IMG/VR virus record: IMGVR_UViG_3300044825_001015
Location: 40,845-104,844 of that record
Origin: a virus
Length of the DNA: 64,000 bases
Strand: one strand, 5' to 3'
Below the pieces are notes generated by a model. That model was given only the letters and a program-made list of their open reading frames with translations. It was not told the origin of the DNA and ran no database searches. Position 1 is the first letter of the stretch; each line of letters starts with the position of its first letter. A program made the translations under genes and the position numbers. This document shows, one piece after another, positions 29,279 to 37,927 of the stretch.

Positions 29279-30017
29279 AACTATTTATGATAATAGACTT
29301 GGTAATTTAATTTTCCCAGATTATGATCACACAATATCTGGATTAATTACACAGTATGGAACATGGGAGCCAACTGAGCAAGCATGGATAGAAAATAATG
29401 TTTTTAACAATAGCATAGTTTATAATTTAGGTGCTAATATTGGGTATCATTCTTTCGTAGCATCAAAAGTACAAGGTGGTACTGGTAGGGTTATAGCAGT
29501 AGAGCCATCAAAAGATCTATGCGATTTGATAAAACTAAATTGTAAAAATTTAAATATAAATAATATCGAAACATTTAATTGTGCAGTAACGGATAAAGAT
29601 GGTCAGGATTTAATATATTACTCAGAAAATAATTGTGGAGATAACAGAGTATCCAATAAAAATGCTGGGAATAAGAGTGAGATAATTAACTGTCTTACTA
29701 TTAATAAACTTATCGAAAAGGTCGGTGATTATCCAGATATTATTATTATGGATATACAGGGCTGGGAAACTAATGTTATAAATCAATTAGGAGAGCCAGA
29801 GAGAAGTATTAAGATTCTATTCGAATTTACCCCAAGTTTTATAATTCAAATGGGTTGGGACATAGAAGATGAAATTTATAAAATAGAAAACTCTGGCTGG
29901 GAAATTAAAGATATTCTAGGAAATCCTATAACACTATCTGATGTGTATAGAAATTATTTAATAGATAGAACTCCTGAAAACTTTTTTGTTAACTTATCTG
30001 CTGAATGGAATAAATAA
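29268..30017 (+). CDS. FkbM-family methyltransferase
   Basis: LGANIGYHS, AVEPS, MDIQGWE, FEFTP. Confidence 0.85.
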   Translation: MQTKTIYDNRLGNLIFPDYDHTISGLITQYGTWEPTEQAWIENNVFNNSIVYNLGANIGYHSFVASKVQGGTGRVIAVEPSKDLCDLIKLNCKNLNINNIETFNCAVTDKDGQDLIYYSENNCGDNRVSNKNAGNKSEIINCLTINKLIEKVGDYPDIIIMDIQGWETNVINQLGEPERSIKILFEFTPSFIIQMGWDIEDEIYKIENSGWEIKDILGNPITLSDVYRNYLIDRTPENFFVNLSAEWNK

Positions 30018-31058
30018 ATGAAATTATATAAAAACTCAACTCTATGCTTCGATGATATTTTACTAGTACCACAATATTCTGATGTAGCAAGTAGGAAAGA
30101 AGTAGATATTTCTGCACATATAGGAGGCGGCGGAAAGGGAATCTCAATGAGCATACCAGTCATAGCCGCACCAATGGATACTGTATGTGACGGTAAAATG
30201 GCCTACGCAATCAGAAAACTAGGCGGCTTTGGCATTATGCATAGGTACATGTCAATAGATGAGATGAGAGAAGAACTCACCTTTATTAGATCTACTGACC
30301 CAGTTTCTTTAGGTGTTGCAGTAGGCGCTAAAGGAGATTACCTAGAGAGGGCTTTTGCTGCTGTCTCAAATGGTGCCCACCTTATTCTTGTCGATACTGC
30401 TAATGGTCATAGCGAGTATGCAATAAATGCTGTTAAGGAAGTTCGTCGTAATATTGGAAATAAAGTTCATATAATGGCTGGTAATGTTTCAACATATGAT
30501 GGATTTATGAGACTTAATGATGCTGGCGCAGATTCAATTAGAGTAGGAATTGGTGGAGGATCTGTATGCACAACTAGAATAGTTAGTGGTCATGGAATGC
30601 CAACACTAGCATCTATCTTAGACATAAGATCAAGGTTAACTTATGGCGATGGCGCTTCTATAGTTGCAGATGGCGGTATCAGAAATAGCGGAGATGCAGT
30701 AAAGGCTCTGGCAGCAGGAGCAGATGTAGTCATGCTTGGAAGTTACCTTGCTGGAACAGATGAATCTCCTGGAGAGGTATATAGATCTGAAGGTAAGAAG
30801 TTTAAAATCTTTAGAGGCATGGCTAGTGCTGAAGCACAAATTAGTGCAAAAGGAACTGTATCTGTAGCAGAAGGAGTAGAAACTACAGTACCTTACAAGG
30901 GTTCCTTAGAAAAAATACTTGAAGAATTTAAAGGTGGCATAGGTAGCGGATTATCATATACTGGTGCCCACAATCTCAAGGAATTGCATGAAGATTCTAT
31001 GTTTATTAAAGTAAGTCAGGCAAGCCTTAGTGAAAGTAGGCCACATGCAGCACATTGA
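30018..31058 (+). CDS. guaB: IMP dehydrogenase / GMP reductase family, CBS-less
   Basis: FDDILLVP, APMDTV, GIGGGSVCTTR (catalytic Cys), ADGGIR, RGMAS. Confidence 0.88.
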   Translation: MKLYKNSTLCFDDILLVPQYSDVASRKEVDISAHIGGGGKGISMSIPVIAAPMDTVCDGKMAYAIRKLGGFGIMHRYMSIDEMREELTFIRSTDPVSLGVAVGAKGDYLERAFAAVSNGAHLILVDTANGHSEYAINAVKEVRRNIGNKVHIMAGNVSTYDGFMRLNDAGADSIRVGIGGGSVCTTRIVSGHGMPTLASILDIRSRLTYGDGASIVADGGIRNSGDAVKALAAGADVVMLGSYLAGTDESPGEVYRSEGKKFKIFRGMASAEAQISAKGTVSVAEGVETTVPYKGSLEKILEEFKGGIGSGLSYTGAHNLKELHEDSMFIKVSQASLSESRPHAAH

Positions 31059-31374
31059 TCCATCAGATACGCTAAGGACTACAAATCCCGACGCCAAGTT
31101 TCACCCAATAAATAAAACAGAAATGGCTATACTGGATGTTTGTAATGAAGTTGCAGATTTGTTAATTAGAAAAAATAGAGCCTACGGTAATTCAGCATTA
31201 GATCCAGTTAGAATATTTTCAAATGCAGATGAAAAAGAGCAATTAAGGGTAAGAATTGATGATAAACTTAGCAGATTTGCTCGCGGCGGTGATTATCCTG
31301 GAGATAATGACATTGACGACTTAATAGGTTATCTGGTATTATTAAAGGTAGCGAATAGCGGTAATTGGAGATAG
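31045..31374 (+). CDS. Nucleotide-modification-associated domain 1 (DUF1599-like) protein
   Basis: KNRAYGNS...VRIDDKLSR...DLIGYLVL. Confidence 0.7.
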   Translation: MQHIDPSDTLRTTNPDAKFHPINKTEMAILDVCNEVADLLIRKNRAYGNSALDPVRIFSNADEKEQLRVRIDDKLSRFARGGDYPGDNDIDDLIGYLVLLKVANSGNWR

Positions 31375-31375
31375 G

Positions 31376-31549
31376 ATGCCTTTATACACTTACTACTGTA
31401 ATGTTTGCGACATTGATGTAGAAATAATTTCTAAAATAGAAAGTAGAGATGAGCAGCGTTGTCAAGATTGTGGATATAAACTTATTAGGAATCTAGATAG
31501 ACCAGGAATGGTTTGGAGTCCTACTCGCAATGGTGGATACTCTCTCTAG
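31376..31549 (+). CDS. FmdB-family Zn-ribbon protein (not in the ORF track)
   Basis: MPLYTYYCNVC...CQDCG. Confidence 0.7.
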   Translation: MPLYTYYCNVCDIDVEIISKIESRDEQRCQDCGYKLIRNLDRPGMVWSPTRNGGYSL

Positions 31550-31557
31550 GAGGAATA

Positions 31558-31857
31558 ATGCCTCGTAAGAAAAAAGAATATGAATATGTTCCATATAGCA
31601 TGAATCCAGATATTCATGTTTACTATGAACTACAATTCCTTAAAGATGTAATTAAGCCAGGTGACAGAATAACCTTTAAGGGAGTTCGCGGTGAGTTTAC
31701 ATTCGTACATATGGCACATAACTCTCAACTAGATGTAACGTGGATTGACTGTAGGAATCCAGTAACTGGTGAATATAGGTCATTCTATGTAGATAGGCTA
31801 AAGGGATTAGTAAGAGCAAAGAAGAGCAGAAGGAAGAAGCAACTTGTCAGAGATTGA
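31558..31857 (+). CDS. Hypothetical SH3-like protein
   Basis: GGAGG SD before ATG 31558; YRSFYVDRL. Confidence 0.55.
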   Translation: MPRKKKEYEYVPYSMNPDIHVYYELQFLKDVIKPGDRITFKGVRGEFTFVHMAHNSQLDVTWIDCRNPVTGEYRSFYVDRLKGLVRAKKSRRKKQLVRD

Positions 31858-32359
31858 GTTAACTAGTTCGTTTGATCAAATGAACTTAGTTGTAGAAGAA
31901 TTACTAAAAGGTAAAAATCCAACAGACATTGCTAAGTTCCTTGGAATTAAAAGATCTCAGGTTCTAGAACATATTGATACCTGGCGTGAATTAGTATCTG
32001 GAGATAGCAGAATCAGAGAAAGGGCCAAGGAAGCCTTGGCTGGTGCAGACCAGCATTATTCAATGATTATTCAGCGTGCATGGGAAACAGTAGATCAAGC
32101 AGATGCAAATCAGCAGTATAATACTAAAGCCTCCGCATTGAAGATGATTGCAGATGTTGAGCAAAAGAGAATTGACATGCTTCAAAAGGCTGGCCTTTTA
32201 GAAAATAATGAAATGTCTGCCCAACTTTTAGAAACTGAGCGTAAGCAAGAAATTCTTATGAATATTTTAAAGGAAGTAACATCTGACTGTAATCATTGTA
32301 AAGTAGAAGTTGCTAGAAGATTATCAGAAGTTACTGGCAAGGTAGAGCCAATTGATTGA
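31844..32359 (+). CDS. HTH protein, probable terminase small subunit
   Basis: N-terminal HTH; directly upstream of terL. Confidence 0.6.
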   Translation: MSEIELTSSFDQMNLVVEELLKGKNPTDIAKFLGIKRSQVLEHIDTWRELVSGDSRIRERAKEALAGADQHYSMIIQRAWETVDQADANQQYNTKASALKMIADVEQKRIDMLQKAGLLENNEMSAQLLETERKQEILMNILKEVTSDCNHCKVEVARRLSEVTGKVEPID

Positions 32360-34142
32360 TTTTAGTGACTTTATAGATGCACTTGACGGTGACCAATTTG
32401 AAGAGGTCCCAGCAGATATAGAGGAATTTGTCACTAATAATGACTACTTAGATTTACCCCCTCTTTCTGAATATCAATATCAATCTATTAGGGCAATGAC
32501 CCAAATTTATAAAAAGGATACTCTAGTAAAATGGCTAGGCGAGGAAGAGGGAATTAAGAGATGGAATCAGACATGCAAGGAAGTTATTCTTCAGATAGGG
32601 AAGGGCGGGGGGAAGGACTTTATCTCTACTATCGGGTGTGCCTATGTTGTCCACCTATTGTTGTGCCTAAAGGACCCTGCTAAGTATTATGGAAAGCCGC
32701 CAGGAGATTCAATTGACATTATTAACATTGCTATCAACGCTGTTCAAGCAAATAGGGTATTCTTTAAAGGATTCAAGCGCATCATTGAAAAGTCGGCTTG
32801 GTTCCAGGGAAGGTACATCCCAAAGGCTAACAGTATTGAATTTGATAAAGAAATAACAGTACACTCAGGACATTCAGAGGCAGAGTCCTGGGAGGGGTAC
32901 AATGTTATGTTGGCTATCCTTGACGAAATCTCAGGCTTTGAATTAGAAAATACTACAGGTCGTCAGAGTCCAAAAACTTCTGCTGCAATATATAAAATGT
33001 ATAGAGCGTCTGTTAACTCTCGCTTCCCAGATTTTGGTAAGGTCATTATGCTCTCCTTCCCCAGATTTAAGAATGACTTTATCCAGCAAAAATATAATGA
33101 TGCTGTGGCAGAAAAAGAGACTATAATAAAATCACACAGTTTTAAAATAGATCCAGACCTTCCTGATGGTCACGATGGAAATGAATTCACCATTGAGTGG
33201 GAGGAGGATCATATAGTATCCTACGCCCTACCCTACATCTTTGCGCTTAAAAGGCCCACATGGGAATTTAATCCGACTAGGAAAATACAAGACTTTACAA
33301 TTGCATTCTATGACGATCCATTAGACTCTCTAATGAGATTTGCCTGTATGCCTCCAGAGGCCACAGACGCATTCTTTAAGTCACGCGAAAAAATTGAAAA
33401 AGCATTTAGTAATCCTAAATTTGCTGTAGATTTTAGCGGAAGATTTGCAGAATGGTTTAAGCCAGAAGAAGGCCGTCAGTATTTCTTACACGTTGACTTA
33501 GCCCAAAAGCATGACAATTGTGCTGTTGCAATGGCACACATTGAGGGATGGGTACAGATGAAGATCGCTGGCACGATGACAGAGGCGGCTCCTAGAGTTG
33601 TAGTAGACGCCGTAAGATATTGGCAACCAACATCTACCACTAGCGTAGATTTATCAGAAGTAAAAGATTACATTATTGAATTGCGTGAGCGCGGGTTTAA
33701 TTTGGGAGTGGTCACGTTTGACCGCTGGAATTCTCATGATATGATGCAACAATTGAAGCATTATGGAATTAATACAGAGTTATTGTCTGTCGCAAAAAAG
33801 CACTATGAGGACATGGCCCTTTTAGTAACTGAAGAAAGAGTATACGGGCCAGAGATAAAACTTCTTATTGATGAATTATTACAGTTGAGAATTATCCGTG
33901 ATAAGGTAGACCACCCAAGAAAGGGAAGTAAGGACTTAGCAGACGCAGTTTGTGGCTCCATATATAATGCTATATCAAGATCCAGAAGAGACAATATGCA
34001 GGAAATAGAAATTTATTCCTACGATATGATTGCACAAGATAGCGAGGAAGAGATAAAATTAAGGATGGGACGACAAAGAAATAAAGATTTAATCATCCCT
34101 CCTGCTCTACAAAATGCTATTGACAGCATGGAAATAATTTAA
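32352..34142 (+). CDS. terL: Terminase large subunit
   Basis: GKGGGKD, ILDE, LHVDLA, TFDRW, KVDHP..GSKDLADA. Confidence 0.9.
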   Translation: MIDFSDFIDALDGDQFEEVPADIEEFVTNNDYLDLPPLSEYQYQSIRAMTQIYKKDTLVKWLGEEEGIKRWNQTCKEVILQIGKGGGKDFISTIGCAYVVHLLLCLKDPAKYYGKPPGDSIDIINIAINAVQANRVFFKGFKRIIEKSAWFQGRYIPKANSIEFDKEITVHSGHSEAESWEGYNVMLAILDEISGFELENTTGRQSPKTSAAIYKMYRASVNSRFPDFGKVIMLSFPRFKNDFIQQKYNDAVAEKETIIKSHSFKIDPDLPDGHDGNEFTIEWEEDHIVSYALPYIFALKRPTWEFNPTRKIQDFTIAFYDDPLDSLMRFACMPPEATDAFFKSREKIEKAFSNPKFAVDFSGRFAEWFKPEEGRQYFLHVDLAQKHDNCAVAMAHIEGWVQMKIAGTMTEAAPRVVVDAVRYWQPTSTTSVDLSEVKDYIIELRERGFNLGVVTFDRWNSHDMMQQLKHYGINTELLSVAKKHYEDMALLVTEERVYGPEIKLLIDELLQLRIIRDKVDHPRKGSKDLADAVCGSIYNAISRSRRDNMQEIEIYSYDMIAQDSEEEIKLRMGRQRNKDLIIPPALQNAIDSMEII

Positions 34143-34158
34143 TATAGTAATACTATAC

Positions 34159-34232
34159 GGGGCGGTGGCGCAGTCGGTGAGCGCAGTACTCTTATAAGGT
34201 AAAGGTCGTGGGTTCAAGTCCCACCCGCCCTA
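34159..34232 (+). tRNA. trnI: tRNA-Ile (anticodon UAU)
   Basis: Cloverleaf GGGGCGG/CCGCCCT, loop CT-TAT-AA, T arm GTGGG-TTCAAGT-CCCAC, discriminator A; no encoded CCA. Confidence 0.88.
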
Positions 34233-34233
34233 C

Positions 34234-34364
34234 GGTTACAGATGGCAATATCTTAGGATGGTGTAGTTACATACAAATATCCCGTTATAGCGAGTCTGCC
34301 GTTGAGTGCGTTGAATTCGTTTCTAGCGTCTTTCGTGCAAAAGGATTCGTAGCCATCTGTAATC
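34234..34364 (+). ncRNA. Unidentified structured RNA between tRNA-Ile and tRNA-Pro
   Basis: 13-bp closing stem GGTTACAGATGGC/GCCATCTGTAATC plus internal stems; fills the inter-tRNA gap exactly. Confidence 0.6.
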
Positions 34365-34367
34365 CTA

Positions 34368-34441
34368 CGGGATGTGGCGCAGTTTGGTAGCGCACCTGTT
34401 TTGGGAACAGGGGGCCGAAGGTTCAAATCCTTTCATCCCGA
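34368..34441 (+). tRNA. trnP: tRNA-Pro (UGG)
   Basis: CGGGATG/CATCCCG, anticodon arm CCTGT-TTTGGGA-ACAGG. Confidence 0.92.
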
Positions 34442-34442
34442 C

Positions 34443-34730
34443 ATGGAAATTTTATTTGTAATTACAGCAGGCACCTTGCTTGCAGAAGGATTTGCTTTTG
34501 TGCTTTTAATGAAGCATATAAAGCAAATTCGTTCTGAGTTTAATATGTATCAGAAGAACCAAAACGATGCAGATATAATTTCCGAAACTATAGATATGTA
34601 CCAGGAAAAAATTATAGAACTTGAAGAAAAAAATAATAAGTTATCAATAGAAAATAAACTTCTTCAAGAAAAACTATCTAAAATAAATAAGCAAATGAAG
34701 CAGATCAGCGATCATTTTAAAACAAACTGA
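34443..34730 (+). CDS. Membrane-anchored coiled-coil protein
   Basis: ATG after a 1-nt gap following tRNA-Pro; N-terminal TM helix. Confidence 0.6.
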   Translation: MEILFVITAGTLLAEGFAFVLLMKHIKQIRSEFNMYQKNQNDADIISETIDMYQEKIIELEEKNNKLSIENKLLQEKLSKINKQMKQISDHFKTN

Positions 34731-34742
34731 TATAATTAATGT

Positions 34743-34979
34743 ATGGGAGACTCAATGGAAACTGAAGTTCAGGGAAAGGAAAGAGTTCTTACCAGAAGCG
34801 ACAGGTGCGATGCTCCAAAGTGTCCAGCCCAAGCGTGGGTTATTGCTAAGTTTGTAACTGGAGAATTGTATTTCTGTGGGCACCACTTTGACAAGTATGA
34901 AGTCAGTATCATTCGTGATGCATATGACATTGTAGATGAAAGAGAATTTATCAATGCTAAATCAGAATCTTCTGCTTAG
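34743..34979 (+). CDS. Small Cys/His actinobacterial-type protein
   Basis: DRCD..CPAQA..LYFCGHH; leaderless after TGATATAAT. Confidence 0.6.
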   Translation: MGDSMETEVQGKERVLTRSDRCDAPKCPAQAWVIAKFVTGELYFCGHHFDKYEVSIIRDAYDIVDEREFINAKSESSA

Positions 34980-35463
34980 TAAGAAAGATAAAATAAAACT
35001 TGTTAGAGAGCGTGACGGATTTACATGCGCTATCTGCCTAAAAGATTTTAAAGCAAATTCTGATGTAACGTTAGATCATTGGATTCCCAAATCAGCGGGT
35101 GGATCTGAGGATATATCTAATCTAAGACTTGCACATAAAAAATGTAATGCATGGAAAAGCGATAGGATACCTAATGAAGATGGAACAATTCCTCCACGCC
35201 CTCCAAGATCTAATTTTCAGGATAGAAAGCGGAGAAAGCAGGAGATACTAGAAAACCTTTGCACAGATTGTTATGACGGAAGGCTTTTGCTGCAGGGGGA
35301 GACATGCCCATATTGTGGATCTCCAGCGGGTCCAGAAGACTGGCCCCATTGGGCAAGGCGTCCAGCAAACAAGTGTGATCATACTCCGCCAGAATGGTGT
35401 TGGGCATGTTCTATAGGAATAGTTGACCGAAAGCCAGTATTTTTGGTACTATTAGAGGGATAG
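34954..35463 (+). CDS. HNH endonuclease with C-terminal Cys-rich region
   Basis: RDGFTCAIC..TLDHWIPKSAGG..NLRLAHKKCN. Confidence 0.85.
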   Translation: MLNQNLLLSKKDKIKLVRERDGFTCAICLKDFKANSDVTLDHWIPKSAGGSEDISNLRLAHKKCNAWKSDRIPNEDGTIPPRPPRSNFQDRKRRKQEILENLCTDCYDGRLLLQGETCPYCGSPAGPEDWPHWARRPANKCDHTPPEWCWACSIGIVDRKPVFLVLLEG

Positions 35464-35467
35464 GTAA

Positions 35468-35538
35468 TCCCCATTGGTGTAATGGCAGCACAAATGACTT
35501 TGGATCATTTAGTCGTAGTTCGAATCTATGATGGGGAG
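35468..35538 (+). tRNA. trnQ: tRNA-Gln (UUG)
   Basis: TCCCCAT/ATGGGGA, AATGA-CTTTGGA-TCATT. Confidence 0.9.
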
Positions 35539-35550
35539 CGGGAGGTAAAA

Positions 35551-35799
35551 ATGCCTTGGAAGATAGTAAGAAACTTTGGTGATTGCAATGGATATGCAGT
35601 AGTCAAAGAGGGGACTAGTGAGATTGAAGGTTGTCATTCTACTAGGTCCGCAGCAGAAGCACAGCAACGTGCGCTATATGCATCTGAAAATAAGTCAATT
35701 CATAATGATGATGAAGAGGATGATGAGCGCAGAGGTAAGCGCAGAAATGAATCCCACAAATTCTGGGATGGCGCATTTATTGAAAAGGGTTATAATTGA
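35551..35799 (+). CDS. Small protein with C-terminal KFWDGAF motif
   Basis: GGAGG SD; MPWKI..GCH..AAEAQQRALYASE. Confidence 0.65.
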   Translation: MPWKIVRNFGDCNGYAVVKEGTSEIEGCHSTRSAAEAQQRALYASENKSIHNDDEEDDERRGKRRNESHKFWDGAFIEKGYN

Positions 35800-35938
35800 C
35801 ACGCGATAAAGTAATTGAGAAACTTAAGAATAAGAGAATGGAGAATAACGCTATCTCTAGCGAAATCTCCTCATACATTGCAGGATGGAATGGTGCAATC
35901 GACTATGCCATTCAGCAACTAAAGAAGAAAGATTAATT

Positions 35939-36352
35939 ATGAAGAAGATTATTATTGCTACTGCAATTTCTGCTGTAGCGCTAGTTGGATGTACTTCACA
36001 GTCAGCACAACCAGCACCTACTGTAACTATTACAAAGGCTGCACCAGCACCATCACTAGATGATCCAGAGGTAATCCCACAACCAGCCATGGGTAATGAG
36101 GAACTGTACCTTATTGGTCTTAAGTCGATGGATAATCCGCTTATCAATATTGCTACAGACGAGCAACTTCTTGATATGGGCTACTCCGTATGCGAGGCTC
36201 TTGAATCTGGGTTCACAGTAGAGGATATTATTCAGTATATGGCTACAGAGATGGCAAGAGAGGGTCTTACTTCTGATTACCAGTCAGAGGCAGTAGGATA
36301 TATTATTGGGGCTGCAGATACCGCTCTGTGCCCAGGATCTAGTACATTCTAG
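35939..36352 (+). CDS. DUF732-like lipoprotein
   Basis: Lipobox LVGC; GYSVCEAL..AADTALCP. Confidence 0.75.
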   Translation: MKKIIIATAISAVALVGCTSQSAQPAPTVTITKAAPAPSLDDPEVIPQPAMGNEELYLIGLKSMDNPLINIATDEQLLDMGYSVCEALESGFTVEDIIQYMATEMAREGLTSDYQSEAVGYIIGAADTALCPGSSTF

Positions 36353-36360
36353 ATCCAAAC

Positions 36361-36431
36361 GCGGCTGTGGTGTAGAGGTAACACATCTGCCTTCCAAGCA
36401 GTTATCGCCAGTTCGATTCTGGTCAGCCGCT
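36361..36431 (+). tRNA. trnG: tRNA-Gly (UCC)
   Basis: GCGGCTG/CAGCCGC, loop CT-TCC-AA. Confidence 0.92.
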
Positions 36432-36433
36432 CT

Positions 36434-37105
36434 ATGAGTGATTTAAAGTATTCTGTTGTTGAATATGATACATACTTAACATATGCTATATGGACGCCAG
36501 AAAGAGAAGATTCTGATTTTATAATAGGATATGGAACAGAAGTATCAGTAATTTATCCAATAGTAGAATATATTTATCCTAACGATTATCCAAATAATTC
36601 TGGGTGGAATAGATTATTAAAATCCAAAATTTTTAAAAACCAAAGAGGAGAGTATTCTGGTCAAGGATGTGATGAATCAGGAACAATGCCATTATTTAAT
36701 TTACATTATTCTTTACCAGTAATATTTAGAGCGTTTTCACACAAAGACTACAAGGCGCTATTTACAATTCTCATGGCACTAGCATTAGTAGATAGTAAAA
36801 ATAGATTTGGGACAGAGGGAGTGTCGTCTTTTGAACTATCACCAGAGATGCTTAATTTCTTAGAAAGAACTGATAAATTCTGGGGTAGCAGAAGCGCAGA
36901 AATACACATGAAGGCCGAACTTCTTGAAGAATATGATTCTGACAATTGGGAAGTAAAACTTCCTAAAAACAAAATATTAGACATTGAAAAAAATGTAGTA
37001 TTGCAATCTAAGGCAGAATTCAAGCGCAGAATATTTTACAAAAAATATAGCAATAGAGTAAACTTAAGTAATTGTGAGCAGTTAGAAATAGACTGGCCCC
37101 AGTAA
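36434..37105 (+). CDS. Hypothetical protein
   Basis: Starts 2 nt after tRNA-Gly; its stop codon lies inside tRNA-Arg. Confidence 0.6.
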   Translation: MSDLKYSVVEYDTYLTYAIWTPEREDSDFIIGYGTEVSVIYPIVEYIYPNDYPNNSGWNRLLKSKIFKNQRGEYSGQGCDESGTMPLFNLHYSLPVIFRAFSHKDYKALFTILMALALVDSKNRFGTEGVSSFELSPEMLNFLERTDKFWGSRSAEIHMKAELLEEYDSDNWEVKLPKNKILDIEKNVVLQSKAEFKRRIFYKKYSNRVNLSNCEQLEIDWPQ

Positions 37106-37168
37106 CTCAGAGGATAGAGTGTCGGACTTCTAATCCGTTGGTCGCAGGTTCGAATCCTGCCTGGGGCG
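37096..37168 (+). tRNA. trnR: tRNA-Arg (UCU)
   Basis: GCCCCAG/CTGGGGC, loop CT-TCT-AA. Confidence 0.92.
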
Positions 37169-37169
37169 C

Positions 37170-37682
37170 GTGGAAAAAATATATCATAAATTTCATATAT
37201 CTGACTATCTTAATATAAAAAGTGATTTGATAGAAAAGATACACCTCTCTGAGTCAAAAAAGGACTTTGAGAATATATCAAGGACAGACTGGGATATTAA
37301 AAACGATGACCTTGATAGAGACTGGGCTAAGTGCTTTTTAGATAATTTTTATAAAAAAATAAAGTACACATATAACCAAATTGGATTTAAAAAAATAGAA
37401 ATACAAAATATCTGGTTCCAAGAGTACGATTACCAGTCGAGTTTTGAGTGGCATAACCATCCAGGAGCAGACTTTGCAAGCGTATTCTTTTTGAATTTTT
37501 CAAAAAATAATCCTGGAACAGAATTCATGGTAAATGATAAAATATTAAGAGCAGAAGTAGAGGAAGGAGATATAATTATATTTCCAGCAACTATAATGCA
37601 TAGATCTCCACCAAATTTATCTGATGATAAAAGAATTATTATAGCCTTTAATGTAAAAGTAAATGAAAAAAATATGTCATAA
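37170..37682 (+). CDS. 2OG-Fe(II) oxygenase / cupin (TIGR02466-like)
   Basis: WHNHP..EEGDIIIFPA..HRS..RIIIAFN. Confidence 0.75.
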   Translation: MEKIYHKFHISDYLNIKSDLIEKIHLSESKKDFENISRTDWDIKNDDLDRDWAKCFLDNFYKKIKYTYNQIGFKKIEIQNIWFQEYDYQSSFEWHNHPGADFASVFFLNFSKNNPGTEFMVNDKILRAEVEEGDIIIFPATIMHRSPPNLSDDKRIIIAFNVKVNEKNMS

Positions 37683-37770
37683 TTGTAAAAATGAAAAGGA
37701 TCTAATAGAATTCCTTTTAAAGTCAGGGCAACGAGTTGGCGCTAGAGGAATTTGTTTAGATTGCTTCAAT

Positions 37771-37850
37771 GCCAGATAGTCCCCAAGGTGGGGAAGCGGT
37801 CTGTAAAACCGTCGCCATCGGCATGGTTGGTTCGATTCCAACATCTGGCA
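37771..37850 (+). tRNA. trnY: tRNA-Tyr (GUA)
   Basis: GCCAGAT/ATCTGGC, loop CT-GTA-AA, long variable arm. Confidence 0.88.
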
Positions 37851-37854
37851 CTTG

Positions 37855-37926
37855 TGGCGTGTGGCGCAATGGCAGCGCAATCGGCTGTTAACCGATGGGT
37901 TGTAGGTTCGAATCCTACCACGCCAG
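37855..37926 (+). tRNA. trnN: tRNA-Asn (GUU)
   Basis: TGGCGTG/CACGCCA, ATCGG-CTGTTAA-CCGAT. Confidence 0.92.
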
Positions 37927-37927
37927 C

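Noticed and set aside
17710-34142. Inteins or introns in DnaB, DnaE, RecA or TerL
   Set aside because: Lengths are normal, motifs are contiguous, and no intein termini or LAGLIDADG motifs were seen
34208-37927. ORF-track calls 34208-34390 and 37677-37880, and the N-terminal extensions from 34374, 35482 and 37895
   Set aside because: They run through tRNA/ncRNA genes; the real starts are downstream (34443, 35551, 37928)
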